From: Acidobacteriota bacterium
Lineage (GTDB): Bacteria > Acidobacteriota > Vicinamibacteria > Vicinamibacterales > 2-12-FULL-66-21
NCBI GenBank assembly: GCA_016184105.1
Contig: JACPDI010000029.1
Coordinates: forward strand, 7,905-71,904
Reading direction: 5' to 3'
DNA: 64,000 nt
Position numbers and translations under genes: made by a program. Position 1 is the first letter of the stretch. The number at the start of each line of letters is the position of its first letter. Positions 15,744 through 24,838 of this stretch are shown in pieces. Under the pieces are notes generated by a model that made no database searches, was not told where the DNA came from, and saw only the letters and a list, made by a program, of their open reading frames with translations.

Positions 15744-17576
15744 ATGCCCGAGCTCGCGACCGTCTTCGAGCCTTCCGCGCAGCTTGCCACTCTCGCAGAC
15801 ATGCCGTTCCACATCGCCGGCCGGTTTCCGAAGGCCGAGCTGATCGGACGCTGCCGTGAAGGGGGAGTCGACTGGCTGTCCACCAGCGCGTTCTTCGAAC
15901 GCATCCGCGACATCAGTCTGGGGCTCGCCGCCATGGGGCTGCAGCGCGGCGATCGCGTCGCCATCATGTCGGAGACGCGCGCCGAGTGGATCGTCACAGA
16001 CCTCGCGATCCTCGCGGCGGGGGGCGTCACGGTGCCCATCTACCCCACGCAGTCCGCCGTCCAGGCGCAGTACATCGTGCAGGACAGCGGCGCACGCTAC
16101 GCGTTCGTCTCCACCAGCGAGCAGGCCGCCAAGCTCCAGAAAGTGCGCCACGCGCTCCCCTCGCTCGACGTCATCATCCTGTTCGACGCCCGGGAGGCGC
16201 CCGCCGGCTCGCTCATCAGCCTCGAGGAGGTCGCGGCGCGCGGGCACGCCAGGATGGTGGCGGAATGGGGCGTGGCGAAGGACTTCAAGGACCGCGCGCG
16301 CGGGATCGGCCCGCAGGACCTGGCGACCATCATCTACACGTCGGGGACGACCGGCGAGCCGAAGGGCGTGATGCTGACGCACGGCAACATCATGGCGAAC
16401 GTCCGCAGCTGCAACCGCGTGCTGCCCATGTCGCCAGGCGACGTCGCGCTGTCGTTTTTGCCGCTCAGCCACGCCTTCGAGCGCACCGTCGCGTACATCT
16501 ACCTGTCCAACGGCGTGTCGATCGCGTACGCCGAGGCGATCGACACGCTGGCGCGCGACCTGCTCGTCGCACGCCCGACCATCATGACCGCCGTGCCGCG
16601 TGTCTTCGAGAAGTTCTACGCGCGCGTGGTGGAAGCGGTCGCCCAGCAGCCGGCCCTGCACCGCGCGATGTTCAACTGGGCGAAGCGGCTCGGGGAGCGC
16701 CGCGTGCGCGAGCTCGGGCGGGGGAAGACTCCCCGGAGCGGGGTCCGGCACTCCCTCGCCGAACGGCTGGTCTACGCGAAGGTGCGCGCGCGAATGGGCG
16801 GGCGGTTGAACTACTTCGTCTCAGGCAGCGCGCCGCTGCCGAAGTTCATCGGCGAGTTCTTTTATGCCATCGGCATCCCCGTCCTCGAAGGGTACGGGCT
16901 GACCGAAACGGCGCCGGTGCTCACCGTGAACCCGTACGGCGCGCCGAGGTTCGGCACCGTCGGCAAGGCGGTGCCTGACGTCGAGCTGCGCATCGCCGAG
17001 GACGGCGAGATCCTGGCGCGCGGCCCGAACATCATGGCCGGGTACCACAACAAGCCGGACGCCACGCGCGCGGTGCTGGAGCCGGACGGCTGGTTCCACA
17101 CCGGGGACGTCGGCCTCATCGACGCCGACGGCTACCTGGCGATCACCGACCGCAAGAAGGACCTGATCGTCACCTCCGGCGGGAAGAAGCTGGCGCCGCA
17201 GCCGATCGAGACGCGGCTGAAATCGCATCCGCTCGTGGGCGAGGCCGTGCTGATCGGCGAGCGGCGGAAATACCCCGCGATCCTGATCGTGCCGGACTTC
17301 GCCGCGCTCGACCGCCGGCTGCGCGAGCTGGGGCGCCCGGACGAGCCCGACCACCAGACGCTGATCGCCCGGCCCGACGTGATCGCGCTCTACCAGGAAC
17401 TGATCGACGGCGTGAACCGCGACCTCGCGCAGTTCGAACGGATCAAGAAGGTGGCGCTCCTCCCGCGCGAGTTCGCGATCGCGACCGGCGAGCTGACGCC
17501 AACCCTGAAGGTGCGGCGCCGCGCGATCGAGGACACGTGGAGCGGGGTGATTGAGGGGTTGTACGATGAAAGGTGA
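15744..17576 (+). CDS. Long-chain fatty-acid--CoA ligase (AMP-dependent synthetase)
   Basis: AMP-binding motif IIYTSGTTGEPKGVMLTH, EGYGLTETAP, GWFHTGDVG, DRKKDLIVTSGGKKLAPQ. Confidence 0.9.
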   Translation: MPELATVFEPSAQLATLADMPFHIAGRFPKAELIGRCREGGVDWLSTSAFFERIRDISLGLAAMGLQRGDRVAIMSETRAEWIVTDLAILAAGGVTVPIYPTQSAVQAQYIVQDSGARYAFVSTSEQAAKLQKVRHALPSLDVIILFDAREAPAGSLISLEEVAARGHARMVAEWGVAKDFKDRARGIGPQDLATIIYTSGTTGEPKGVMLTHGNIMANVRSCNRVLPMSPGDVALSFLPLSHAFERTVAYIYLSNGVSIAYAEAIDTLARDLLVARPTIMTAVPRVFEKFYARVVEAVAQQPALHRAMFNWAKRLGERRVRELGRGKTPRSGVRHSLAERLVYAKVRARMGGRLNYFVSGSAPLPKFIGEFFYAIGIPVLEGYGLTETAPVLTVNPYGAPRFGTVGKAVPDVELRIAEDGEILARGPNIMAGYHNKPDATRAVLEPDGWFHTGDVGLIDADGYLAITDRKKDLIVTSGGKKLAPQPIETRLKSHPLVGEAVLIGERRKYPAILIVPDFAALDRRLRELGRPDEPDHQTLIARPDVIALYQELIDGVNRDLAQFERIKKVALLPREFAIATGELTPTLKVRRRAIEDTWSGVIEGLYDER

Positions 17577-17621
17577 AAAGGGAAAAGGTTCTACCTTCTA
17601 CCATTTACTTGCAAGTGGCGC

Positions 17622-18962
17622 CTAACGTTCCCACGCCGGCCGCCAGCACACCGCAAGCACTTCCGCGTGCCCGGGATCGTACGGCGTGACCTGGTTCTGC
17701 TCGAAGGCGTGCGGGATTGACGCGTCGAGAAAACAGGTGTCGCCTGCCGACAGCGTCGACACCAGGGCCTGATCGCCCGGACGGGTCATGACCCGGACAG
17801 ATCCTTTCAACACATAGATGAACTCCTGCCCGGGGTGGCGCACCAGCTCGTGCCCGCGGGGGCCCTCGAGGCGCAGCAGCGAGGGCATCATGCGATGCCC
17901 CGGCAGCGTGGTGGTCAGCGGCACGATCCGGTGGGCCCCGAAGCACGGCCAGCGGCGTTCCGGGCCGCGGTCCCGCGTGCCGCCCTGCCGGAGGTCGACG
18001 CCGCGGTGCACCTCGTAGTACGGCCGGACGTCGAGCGTGCTCGCCAGGAAGTACTCCACCGGCTTGCGGAAGCGATGGCAGACCTCCAGCAGGAGGTCGA
18101 CGGAGACGGCTTTCTCGCCGCGCTCGATCGCAATCATCCGCCGCGGGCTCATGCCGACCTGCCTGGCGAACTCCGCCACGCGCATGCCGCGCCGGCGGCG
18201 CAGCGCCTGCAGGCGCGCGCCGACTCCCCCCGAAGGGCCGCGCTGCATGCCGTCCATCAGGAACACCGGCCCCGTGCGCGCGTCCGCCAGCTCCGAGTCC
18301 GCCGGTTCGTCGAGCGAGCACAGCACGTGGATGCTCCGCGCCGGCGCGGTGCCCGTGGACCTGAGGCAGTGCGGCAGATAACTCCAGAAGTGGATGCAGT
18401 CTCCGGCCGAGAGCACTTCCCGGCGCACTTTGTCAGGCGTCTTGATCAGGCATTCCAGCCCGCCGCTGACGACGAGCAGGAACTCCTCGTGATGGTGCGA
18501 GATGAACTTCATCTCGCCCTCGACGACCGGCCACACCTCGATGTCGAACGGCTCGATGTACTTCCCGACAACGGCGTCGGCCAGCGGTCGCAGCCGGTTG
18601 TGATAGTCGGTCAGCGTCTCGCTGCTGTAGTTGACCATGCGCATCGGCAGGTGCCTGCCGTCGCTCTGCCGCGTGATGCAGACGCTCGGCGTCCGGCCGC
18701 GGGGCAGCAGGCGCTCGACGTGCACGTCGAGCGCGCGGCCGATGGCGACGAGCAGGTCCACGTCGAGCGCCTGCCTGGCGTTCTCGATCGCGGACAGCTG
18801 CGCGATGGAGACGTCGACTTTTGCGCCGAGGTCCTTCAGCGTCCAGCCCTTCGCCAGCCGCTCCGCGCGAATGCGCGAGGCAATGCTCTGGCGATCGAGC
18901 TCGGCGTTATCCATTCCGATCAACGGTGCGCGCGCATGTGCGGTGGTCACGTCGACAGGCAC
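17622..18962 (-). CDS. Transcriptional regulator made of two tandem XRE-HTH + cupin modules
   Basis: HTH 1 is IRAERLAKGWTLKDLGAKVDVSIAQLSAIENA and cupin 1 is HHHEEFLLVVSG. HTH 2 is LQALRRRRGMRVAEFARQVGMSPRRMIAIERG and cupin 2 is HPGQEFIYVLKGSV. The start is uncertain: GTG 18962 or ATG 18914. Confidence 0.78.
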   Translation of the reverse strand: MPVDVTTAHARAPLIGMDNAELDRQSIASRIRAERLAKGWTLKDLGAKVDVSIAQLSAIENARQALDVDLLVAIGRALDVHVERLLPRGRTPSVCITRQSDGRHLPMRMVNYSSETLTDYHNRLRPLADAVVGKYIEPFDIEVWPVVEGEMKFISHHHEEFLLVVSGGLECLIKTPDKVRREVLSAGDCIHFWSYLPHCLRSTGTAPARSIHVLCSLDEPADSELADARTGPVFLMDGMQRGPSGGVGARLQALRRRRGMRVAEFARQVGMSPRRMIAIERGEKAVSVDLLLEVCHRFRKPVEYFLASTLDVRPYYEVHRGVDLRQGGTRDRGPERRWPCFGAHRIVPLTTTLPGHRMMPSLLRLEGPRGHELVRHPGQEFIYVLKGSVRVMTRPGDQALVSTLSAGDTCFLDASIPHAFEQNQVTPYDPGHAEVLAVCWRPAWER

Positions 18963-19074
18963 CTCAAGTTTCGGAAAGCGACCAAAACGTGGCGAATTTC
19001 AGGAAACGACGGTTTGTCTTGACAGATTACCGAATTTGACGAGACGATGACGCCACACCCGGGGGAGCCGCCAG

Positions 19075-20148
19075 ATGCCAGACGCCCTTCAGCCGATGCC
19101 AGGAGCGCACCGCAGCGCGCTCGGCTGGTTCGCCGCCCAGCTTCGCGCACGGTTTTATTTCGGAAAGATCGGCACAGGCGACCGCCTGCCGTCCGTGCGC
19201 GGGCTTGCCCAGCATCTTGGCGTCTCACCGACGACCACCCTCGAGCTGTACCGCGCGCTCGAATCGCAGGGGATCATCGAAAGTCGCCAGCGGAGCGGCA
19301 TGTTCCTGCGGACGGTTGGCGTCGAGCCGGAGCGTTCGCGCGCCGACGGCGCGGTGTTCCGGCTGGTGGCTGCCACGGCGAGCAAGCTGCGGCTGACCGG
19401 CGCGTGCCCGGACGACTTCGCGACCCTGCTGCTCCAGTACACTGGACACTCGCCGCGTACCGACTTCAAGATTGGTTACCTCGGCACGCAGGAATCGGTC
19501 GAACTGGTCCAGCGACAGCTGGCCGCGCGCATGCGCTTTCCGCTCCCGGTCGTCCGCATCCCGCCGTCGCTGCCGCCGCGGGAGTTGCGCGTGCAGGTAA
19601 CCGCGCAGAGCGTCCGCTGCCTGGTCGGCAGCTTTCTCGCCGCCGAGGTGGGCGTGAGGCTGGCCCAGGATCTCGATCTTCCGTTCGTCATCCTCAAGCT
19701 GTCGCCGGAGACGGCCGCGATTCTGCAGCCGCCCCCTGGCGAGCGCCGGTTCATCGTCGTGCGCGACCGCGACACGGCTGAGGGCCTGCGCCGCGTGCAC
19801 TGTGCGCTCTGCGATGCCGACGCTGACCGTCGCGTCCCGGACCGTTCCGCGCCGGCGGGGCACCAGGACGCGGCGGTTCCCTGCGAGCGCGGCGCTCATG
19901 AGGGACGTCCGGTCGTGCATTTCGCGGCCCTGGATGAAGAGTCGAGGCTCGCCGAATTCGAGCGCGAGGCAGACATTGTGTACGCCACGATCACCTCGAT
20001 CGCGGCGGTGAAGGCACGCTTCGGTGCCCGGCGGATCGCCACGTTCCCCGTTGCGATGTCCGACCACACGGTGAACGACATCCTCTACCACTGCCTTTTT
20101 GCCGAAACGCCGGCAAGAGTGCTCGCGATGGGCGGACGGCGCGCGTAG
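19075..20148 (+). CDS. GntR-family winged-HTH regulator with an unrecognised 270-aa C-terminal domain
   Basis: G.RLPSVRGLAQHLGVSPTTTLELYRALESQGIIESRQRSGMFL. GGGGGAG lies 8 nt upstream of the ATG. Confidence 0.7.
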   Translation: MPDALQPMPGAHRSALGWFAAQLRARFYFGKIGTGDRLPSVRGLAQHLGVSPTTTLELYRALESQGIIESRQRSGMFLRTVGVEPERSRADGAVFRLVAATASKLRLTGACPDDFATLLLQYTGHSPRTDFKIGYLGTQESVELVQRQLAARMRFPLPVVRIPPSLPPRELRVQVTAQSVRCLVGSFLAAEVGVRLAQDLDLPFVILKLSPETAAILQPPPGERRFIVVRDRDTAEGLRRVHCALCDADADRRVPDRSAPAGHQDAAVPCERGAHEGRPVVHFAALDEESRLAEFEREADIVYATITSIAAVKARFGARRIATFPVAMSDHTVNDILYHCLFAETPARVLAMGGRRA

Positions 20149-20177
20149 CGGCCGACCGCCCATCACGCGCGGCGGTG

Positions 20178-21800
20178 CTACTGGCTCGTCGTGCTCCGCC
20201 GCGACCGTTCCCGCTTCTGCTTCTCGACCATCGCCGCGACGTCGGCCAGCAGCTTCTTCGCGTCGTAGACGATGCCGTCCTTGACGGTGTACTTGATCCC
20301 GCCAACCTGCTCGGGCTTCCCGGTGGTGTCGTTCAGTTTGAGCGCCCCGGTCCCGTAAAGAACCTTGAGGTTCGCGAGCGGGTTCTGGTCGACGATGACC
20401 ATGTCGGCCAGCAGCCCCGGCCGCACGACGCCGAACTCGATCGCCTTGCCCTTCGGCTCGTGCAGCGTCAGCGCGCCGTTCATCGTCGCTGACTGGAACA
20501 CTTCCAGCGGGTGGAAGCCCGCTTCCTGCAGCAGCTCGAGCTCGTTGATGTAGCCGAACCCGTACGTCTGGTAGATGAAACCGGAGTCGGAGCCGGTGGT
20601 CACGCGGCCGCCGATCTTCTTGTAGTCGTTCATCAGCCTGAGCCAGACCTGGTAGAAGTTGCGGTAGGCGACCTCATCCCACGTCGTCCAGTAGTACCAG
20701 TACGCCCCGTGGTTCACGCGGCTCGGGACGTAGAAGTCCATGAGGGACGGCAGCGTGTACTTGTCGTGCCACTCGGCGTTGCGGAACTTCATCAGGTCGC
20801 GCCCGGCCGAATAGATGGTGAGCGTCGGGTCGAAGGTCGTCCCGAGCTTGAGATGCTCTTCGAGATACGCCTTCCACTCCGGTCCGCCCGGCGTGTGGAT
20901 CTTGTCCCACAGCCGCGCGACCTGTCCGAACCGCATGTATTCGTCGTCGTTGATCTGATCGACCGGCCACGGCTGGACCACGTAGTCCTTCAGCAGCGAC
21001 TCGAAATGGCCGTAGAAGTGCGTGACGGTTCCGAGCCCGAGGCGCGCGGCCTTGATGGCGTTCATCTGCGCGACGCCCGTCTGGCCGAGGTGCGCCGTCG
21101 AGCCGAGGCCGAACTTCTTCGCCTCGTCGAGGAGCGCGGACATGATCTCCGGGCGATGGGACCCGAGCTTCATGCCATCGACGCCGTTCTGCGCCGCCCA
21201 GCGGACCCAGGCGCGCGCCTTCTCGGGCGTGTCCACCGCTCCCTCACCCCAGCCTGATCCGGGCCCCTGGTAGTTGAAGATCCGCGGCGCGGCAATTTCG
21301 TTGCGGTCGCTGCGGTTCTTTTCCGAGACGGTGAAGGCGTTGGAGGACAGCGGCACCCCGCGGACGGTCGTCACGCCGTGCGCCAGCCACAACTTGTACG
21401 CGTAGTCCGCGCCGGGGTTCTTCGGCGCGCCACCCGCGTGCACGTGGAGGTCGACGAAGCCAGGCATGACGTACATCCCGGTGGCGTCGACCTCGAAGTC
21501 CGCTTTGGGCTCGCGGCCCGGCTTGAGCGGCAGTCCAGGCGTGCCCGCACGCCGGATCGCCTTGATACGGTTCTGCTCGACGACGATGTCGACGGGCCCC
21601 TGCGGCGGAGCGCCGGTACCGTCGATGAGGATGGCGCCCCGGATGACCAGGGTCTTGAACGGCCCCTTGCCCTCGTCGGCGCCCCGCGCCGGCGCCGGCG
21701 TCAGGGGGTCGCGCTCCTGTGCCAGCGCGGCAGGCATGCCGGTCAGGCCCAGGGCAAAGGCCGCTACGAGGAATGACATCAGCCACGTGTTCCGTCGCAT
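20178..21800 (-). CDS. Secreted amidohydrolase-family protein
   Basis: Signal peptide MRRNTWLMSFLVAAFALGLTGMPAALAQ. Metal-binding MPGFVDLHVH. GGAGGA RBS before the ATG at 21800. The track ORF starts further upstream. Confidence 0.85.
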   Translation of the reverse strand: MRRNTWLMSFLVAAFALGLTGMPAALAQERDPLTPAPARGADEGKGPFKTLVIRGAILIDGTGAPPQGPVDIVVEQNRIKAIRRAGTPGLPLKPGREPKADFEVDATGMYVMPGFVDLHVHAGGAPKNPGADYAYKLWLAHGVTTVRGVPLSSNAFTVSEKNRSDRNEIAAPRIFNYQGPGSGWGEGAVDTPEKARAWVRWAAQNGVDGMKLGSHRPEIMSALLDEAKKFGLGSTAHLGQTGVAQMNAIKAARLGLGTVTHFYGHFESLLKDYVVQPWPVDQINDDEYMRFGQVARLWDKIHTPGGPEWKAYLEEHLKLGTTFDPTLTIYSAGRDLMKFRNAEWHDKYTLPSLMDFYVPSRVNHGAYWYYWTTWDEVAYRNFYQVWLRLMNDYKKIGGRVTTGSDSGFIYQTYGFGYINELELLQEAGFHPLEVFQSATMNGALTLHEPKGKAIEFGVVRPGLLADMVIVDQNPLANLKVLYGTGALKLNDTTGKPEQVGGIKYTVKDGIVYDAKKLLADVAAMVEKQKRERSRRSTTSQ

Positions 21801-21883
21801 AGTTCCTCCGTGTATTCCGTTGAGCAGCCGTGGCCGCGGCTGCGGTGTCCGAGGGTGGCACGAGCAGGCGGGCACGAGGAAGA

Positions 21884-21963
21884 CACAGATCGCCCGCGTA
21901 TCGCCATCTGTCACAGCGATCTGAGACCGGCGTGTGACAGATGGCCGCAATCCGCCGATCTGC
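21884..21963. promoter_or_regulatory. Operator-like cluster of four ACAGAT/ATCTGT half-sites, including a 13-bp perfect inverted repeat
   Basis: ACAGAT 21884-89, ATCTGT 21906-11, ACAGAT 21937-42, ATCTGC 21958-63. gccatctgtcaca (21903-15) pairs perfectly with tgtgacagatggc (21933-45). It lies in the divergent region between the amidohydrolase and TonB receptor genes. Confidence 0.45.
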
Positions 21964-22028
21964 TACTTCCGTCCCCCCGGCGGCTCGCGATAAACCCACG
22001 CATGCGCTGTGTCAGTTGGAGGAGCTTC

Positions 22029-24809
22029 ATGCGTCGTGTGATACGTGTCTGTGTCGTCCTGCTCTTTTTGATTCCCTGTACGTCCCTGCCGGTGTCCGCC
22101 CAGATCACCACCGGTTCGCTCATCGGCGCGGTTACCGATGAGACTGGTGCCGTGATGCCGGGCGTCACCGTGACCTTGAGCGGCGAAACGCTCATCGGCG
22201 GCCCGCAGGTGGAGGTGACGGCCGCATCGGGACAGTACCGTTTCGAACGTCTTCCGCCGGGGGTCTACAACGTCCGATTCGAGCTGCCCGGTTTCACGTC
22301 CATCGAGCGGATGGACCTCCACATCAGTGCGACCTTCACGGCCACGGTCAACGTCAAGATGCAGGTCGGGCAGATGGAGGAGCGGATTACCGTCACCGGC
22401 GAGTCCCCCATCGTCGACACCAAGTCCAACGTGCAGCAGACGGCCATGGGGCAGGAGGTCCTGGAAGGCATTCCCACCGGGCGCGACGTCTGGTCGCTCG
22501 CGAAACTGATCCCCGGCGTGAGCGTGGGTACCTACGACGTGGGGGGCACGCAGGGCATGCAGCAGAGCGCCATGTCCGCCCACGGGTCGCGCGACGCGGA
22601 CAAGACGTTCGCCATCGACGGCCTTTCGGTGAACTGGCCGGGAACGGGCGGCGGCTCGACGATGGTGTATTACGACCAGGGGATGTTCGAGGAGATCAAC
22701 TACCAGACCTCCGCGATTCCGGCGGAAGTCGCCATCGGCGGGATCTTCATGAACATGGTCACCAAGGCCGGCGGCAACGCCTGGAGAGGCGAAGCGCGGT
22801 ACTACTACGCGAATGACGACCTGCAGTCGGAAAACTTCGACGCGGTCAGCAAGCAGTTCAGCTTCAAAGGCGGGAACCCGGTTGCCGATCAGTACGACTT
22901 CAACGGGACGATGGCCGGGCCGATCGTGCGCGACAAGATCTGGTTCTTCGGTTCGTACCGGCGATGGAAGGTGGACAAGCTCCTCCTGAGCACCTTCAAT
23001 CCGGACGGCAGCAACGCGAGAGACGACAACTTGATCTGGAACGCGTCGGTGAAGCTGACCAGCCAGATCGCCCGGGATCATCGCCTCGGGCTCGTCTACA
23101 ACTTCAACCAGAAGAACCGCTACCAGCGCCGGACCGCGACCTTCGAGGAAGACAAGGCGACCTTCGTGCAGCTGCAGCCGGGGTACACCGGCCAGGCGAA
23201 ATACACGGCGGTCCTGAACAACCAGTTCGTGTTCGAGTCGACCGCTGGGGGCGTGAAGGGGGTGTGGCCGCTCCACTACCAGAAGGAAGTGGCTCCGACG
23301 GACATCCGGCGCGAGGACACGGTCCTGCAGACCGGATGGGATGCGGCGCCGCGCAGCTACGACAACCCGAACTACCGGTTCCAGTGGGACAACGTGATCA
23401 GTCACACGCGCGCCGGGCGGGGCACGCACAGCCTCAAGGCGGGCGTGCAGTTCACGCGGCAGTTCTACCGCGACCTCAACACGATGAACGGCGACATGCG
23501 GCTGATCTACAACAACGGCCGGCCGTTCCGCGTGCAGGCGTTCAACACGCCGGTGCAGGCCACCAGCTACGTCCACCAGCTCGGGTTCTTCGCGCAGGAC
23601 TCCTGGTCCATGGGGCGCTTCACCTTGAATGTCGGCGTCCGCGCCGACGGCGCGAAGGGCTGGATCCCCGAAGAAACGAGCGGCACCGGCCGCTGGGTGG
23701 CGGAGCGGACGGTTGAAAAGCGTGACGTGTACAACCAGTGGATCGGCGTGTGGCGGGCGGGCGCGGTCTTCGACCTCACGGGCAAGGGGCTGACGGCGGT
23801 CAAGGGCAACTACAGCCGCTACGCGCACCAGGTGGGCGCCGCGGCGATCGTGAACTCGGTGCACCCCTTCGCCCTCAGCAGCGCGAACATCGCGTGGAAC
23901 GATCTCAACGGCAACGAGCTGCCGGATCCGGGCGAGCTTGGCACGTTCGAAGGGTTCACGGGCGGTGCCTCGACGCGGTATCCCGACGCGGACGGCACCG
24001 ACTGGGGCTACTCGGACGAAATCACCGCCGGCCTCGAGCACCAGCTGATGCGGGACGTGCGCGTGGGGGTCATGTACTATCACCGCACGAACCGGAAGAA
24101 CGTCGGCTCCTTCAACGCGGCGGTGCCCACAACCGCGTACACCCCGATCCAGATCGCCAGTCCGCTCGGGGGCACCGCGACGGTCTACAATCTCGATCGC
24201 GCCTTCGTGGGCAGGCAGGACAACGTCCGCATGGCGACGCCGCTGCTCGACACCGATTACGACGGTGTGGAGGTGACCGCCGCGAAGCGGTTCTCGTCGC
24301 GCTGGCAGATGTTGTTCGGCCTGACGGTGGGGCGCAACGAGGGAGGGCTGGAGTTCGGGGATCTCAACGACCCCAACAGCCTCGATTTCCAGGAAGGCGT
24401 TTCGGGGAACGACGCCACGTACCAGCTCAAGTTGTCCGGGACGTACGTGGTGCCGCGCGCGGAGATCATCGTCAGCGGGAGCCTGATGAACAGCACCGGG
24501 TACCCGCGGCAGTTCACCTACCAGGTGACGCGCAGCGTCGTCCCGACGCTCACGCGTTCCGCCCAGACCATCCGCCTGAACCGGCGGGGTGACGAGCGCC
24601 TGCCGAGGGTGACGATGGCGGACCTGCGCTTCTCGCGATCGTTCAGCCTGGGCGGTGACCGCCGGTTCGAGCCGCAGGTGGACCTGTTCAACGTGTTCAA
24701 CGCGGACACCATCGTGAACATGGTGGACGCGGCCGGGCCGCGCCTGGGCTATCCGGGCGAGATTCTCGCGCCGCGCATCATGCGCGTCGGGTTCGTGTTC
24801 AAGTTCTGA
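22029..24809 (+). CDS. TonB-dependent outer-membrane receptor with an N-terminal carboxypeptidase-regulatory-like domain
   Basis: Signal peptide MRRVIRVCVVLLFLIPCTSLPVSAQ. CarboxypepD_reg block GSLIGAVTDETGAVMPGVTVTL...YRFERLPPGVY. Plug-like ITVTGESPIVDT. C-terminal beta-barrel ending ...RVGFVFKF. GGAGGA RBS. Confidence 0.9.
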   Translation: MRRVIRVCVVLLFLIPCTSLPVSAQITTGSLIGAVTDETGAVMPGVTVTLSGETLIGGPQVEVTAASGQYRFERLPPGVYNVRFELPGFTSIERMDLHISATFTATVNVKMQVGQMEERITVTGESPIVDTKSNVQQTAMGQEVLEGIPTGRDVWSLAKLIPGVSVGTYDVGGTQGMQQSAMSAHGSRDADKTFAIDGLSVNWPGTGGGSTMVYYDQGMFEEINYQTSAIPAEVAIGGIFMNMVTKAGGNAWRGEARYYYANDDLQSENFDAVSKQFSFKGGNPVADQYDFNGTMAGPIVRDKIWFFGSYRRWKVDKLLLSTFNPDGSNARDDNLIWNASVKLTSQIARDHRLGLVYNFNQKNRYQRRTATFEEDKATFVQLQPGYTGQAKYTAVLNNQFVFESTAGGVKGVWPLHYQKEVAPTDIRREDTVLQTGWDAAPRSYDNPNYRFQWDNVISHTRAGRGTHSLKAGVQFTRQFYRDLNTMNGDMRLIYNNGRPFRVQAFNTPVQATSYVHQLGFFAQDSWSMGRFTLNVGVRADGAKGWIPEETSGTGRWVAERTVEKRDVYNQWIGVWRAGAVFDLTGKGLTAVKGNYSRYAHQVGAAAIVNSVHPFALSSANIAWNDLNGNELPDPGELGTFEGFTGGASTRYPDADGTDWGYSDEITAGLEHQLMRDVRVGVMYYHRTNRKNVGSFNAAVPTTAYTPIQIASPLGGTATVYNLDRAFVGRQDNVRMATPLLDTDYDGVEVTAAKRFSSRWQMLFGLTVGRNEGGLEFGDLNDPNSLDFQEGVSGNDATYQLKLSGTYVVPRAEIIVSGSLMNSTGYPRQFTYQVTRSVVPTLTRSAQTIRLNRRGDERLPRVTMADLRFSRSFSLGGDRRFEPQVDLFNVFNADTIVNMVDAAGPRLGYPGEILAPRIMRVGFVFKF

Positions 24810-24838
24810 GGTTTGTGACCCTCGCAGGGAGGAATGCC

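Noticed and set aside
17595-17611. aggttctac + cttctacc after the acyl-CoA ligase stop, resembling an array A unit, which would make the ligase gene repeat-flanked too
   Set aside because: Only a 9-nt exact match. About 0.5 such matches are expected by chance in 64 kb on two strands. That is not significant on its own.
21853-21870. Sigma-54-like sequence TGGCACGAGCAGGC upstream of the TonB receptor
   Set aside because: The -24 element is good, but the GC of the -12 element is displaced by one nucleotide and the TTGC is absent. This is probably a chance match in GC-rich DNA.
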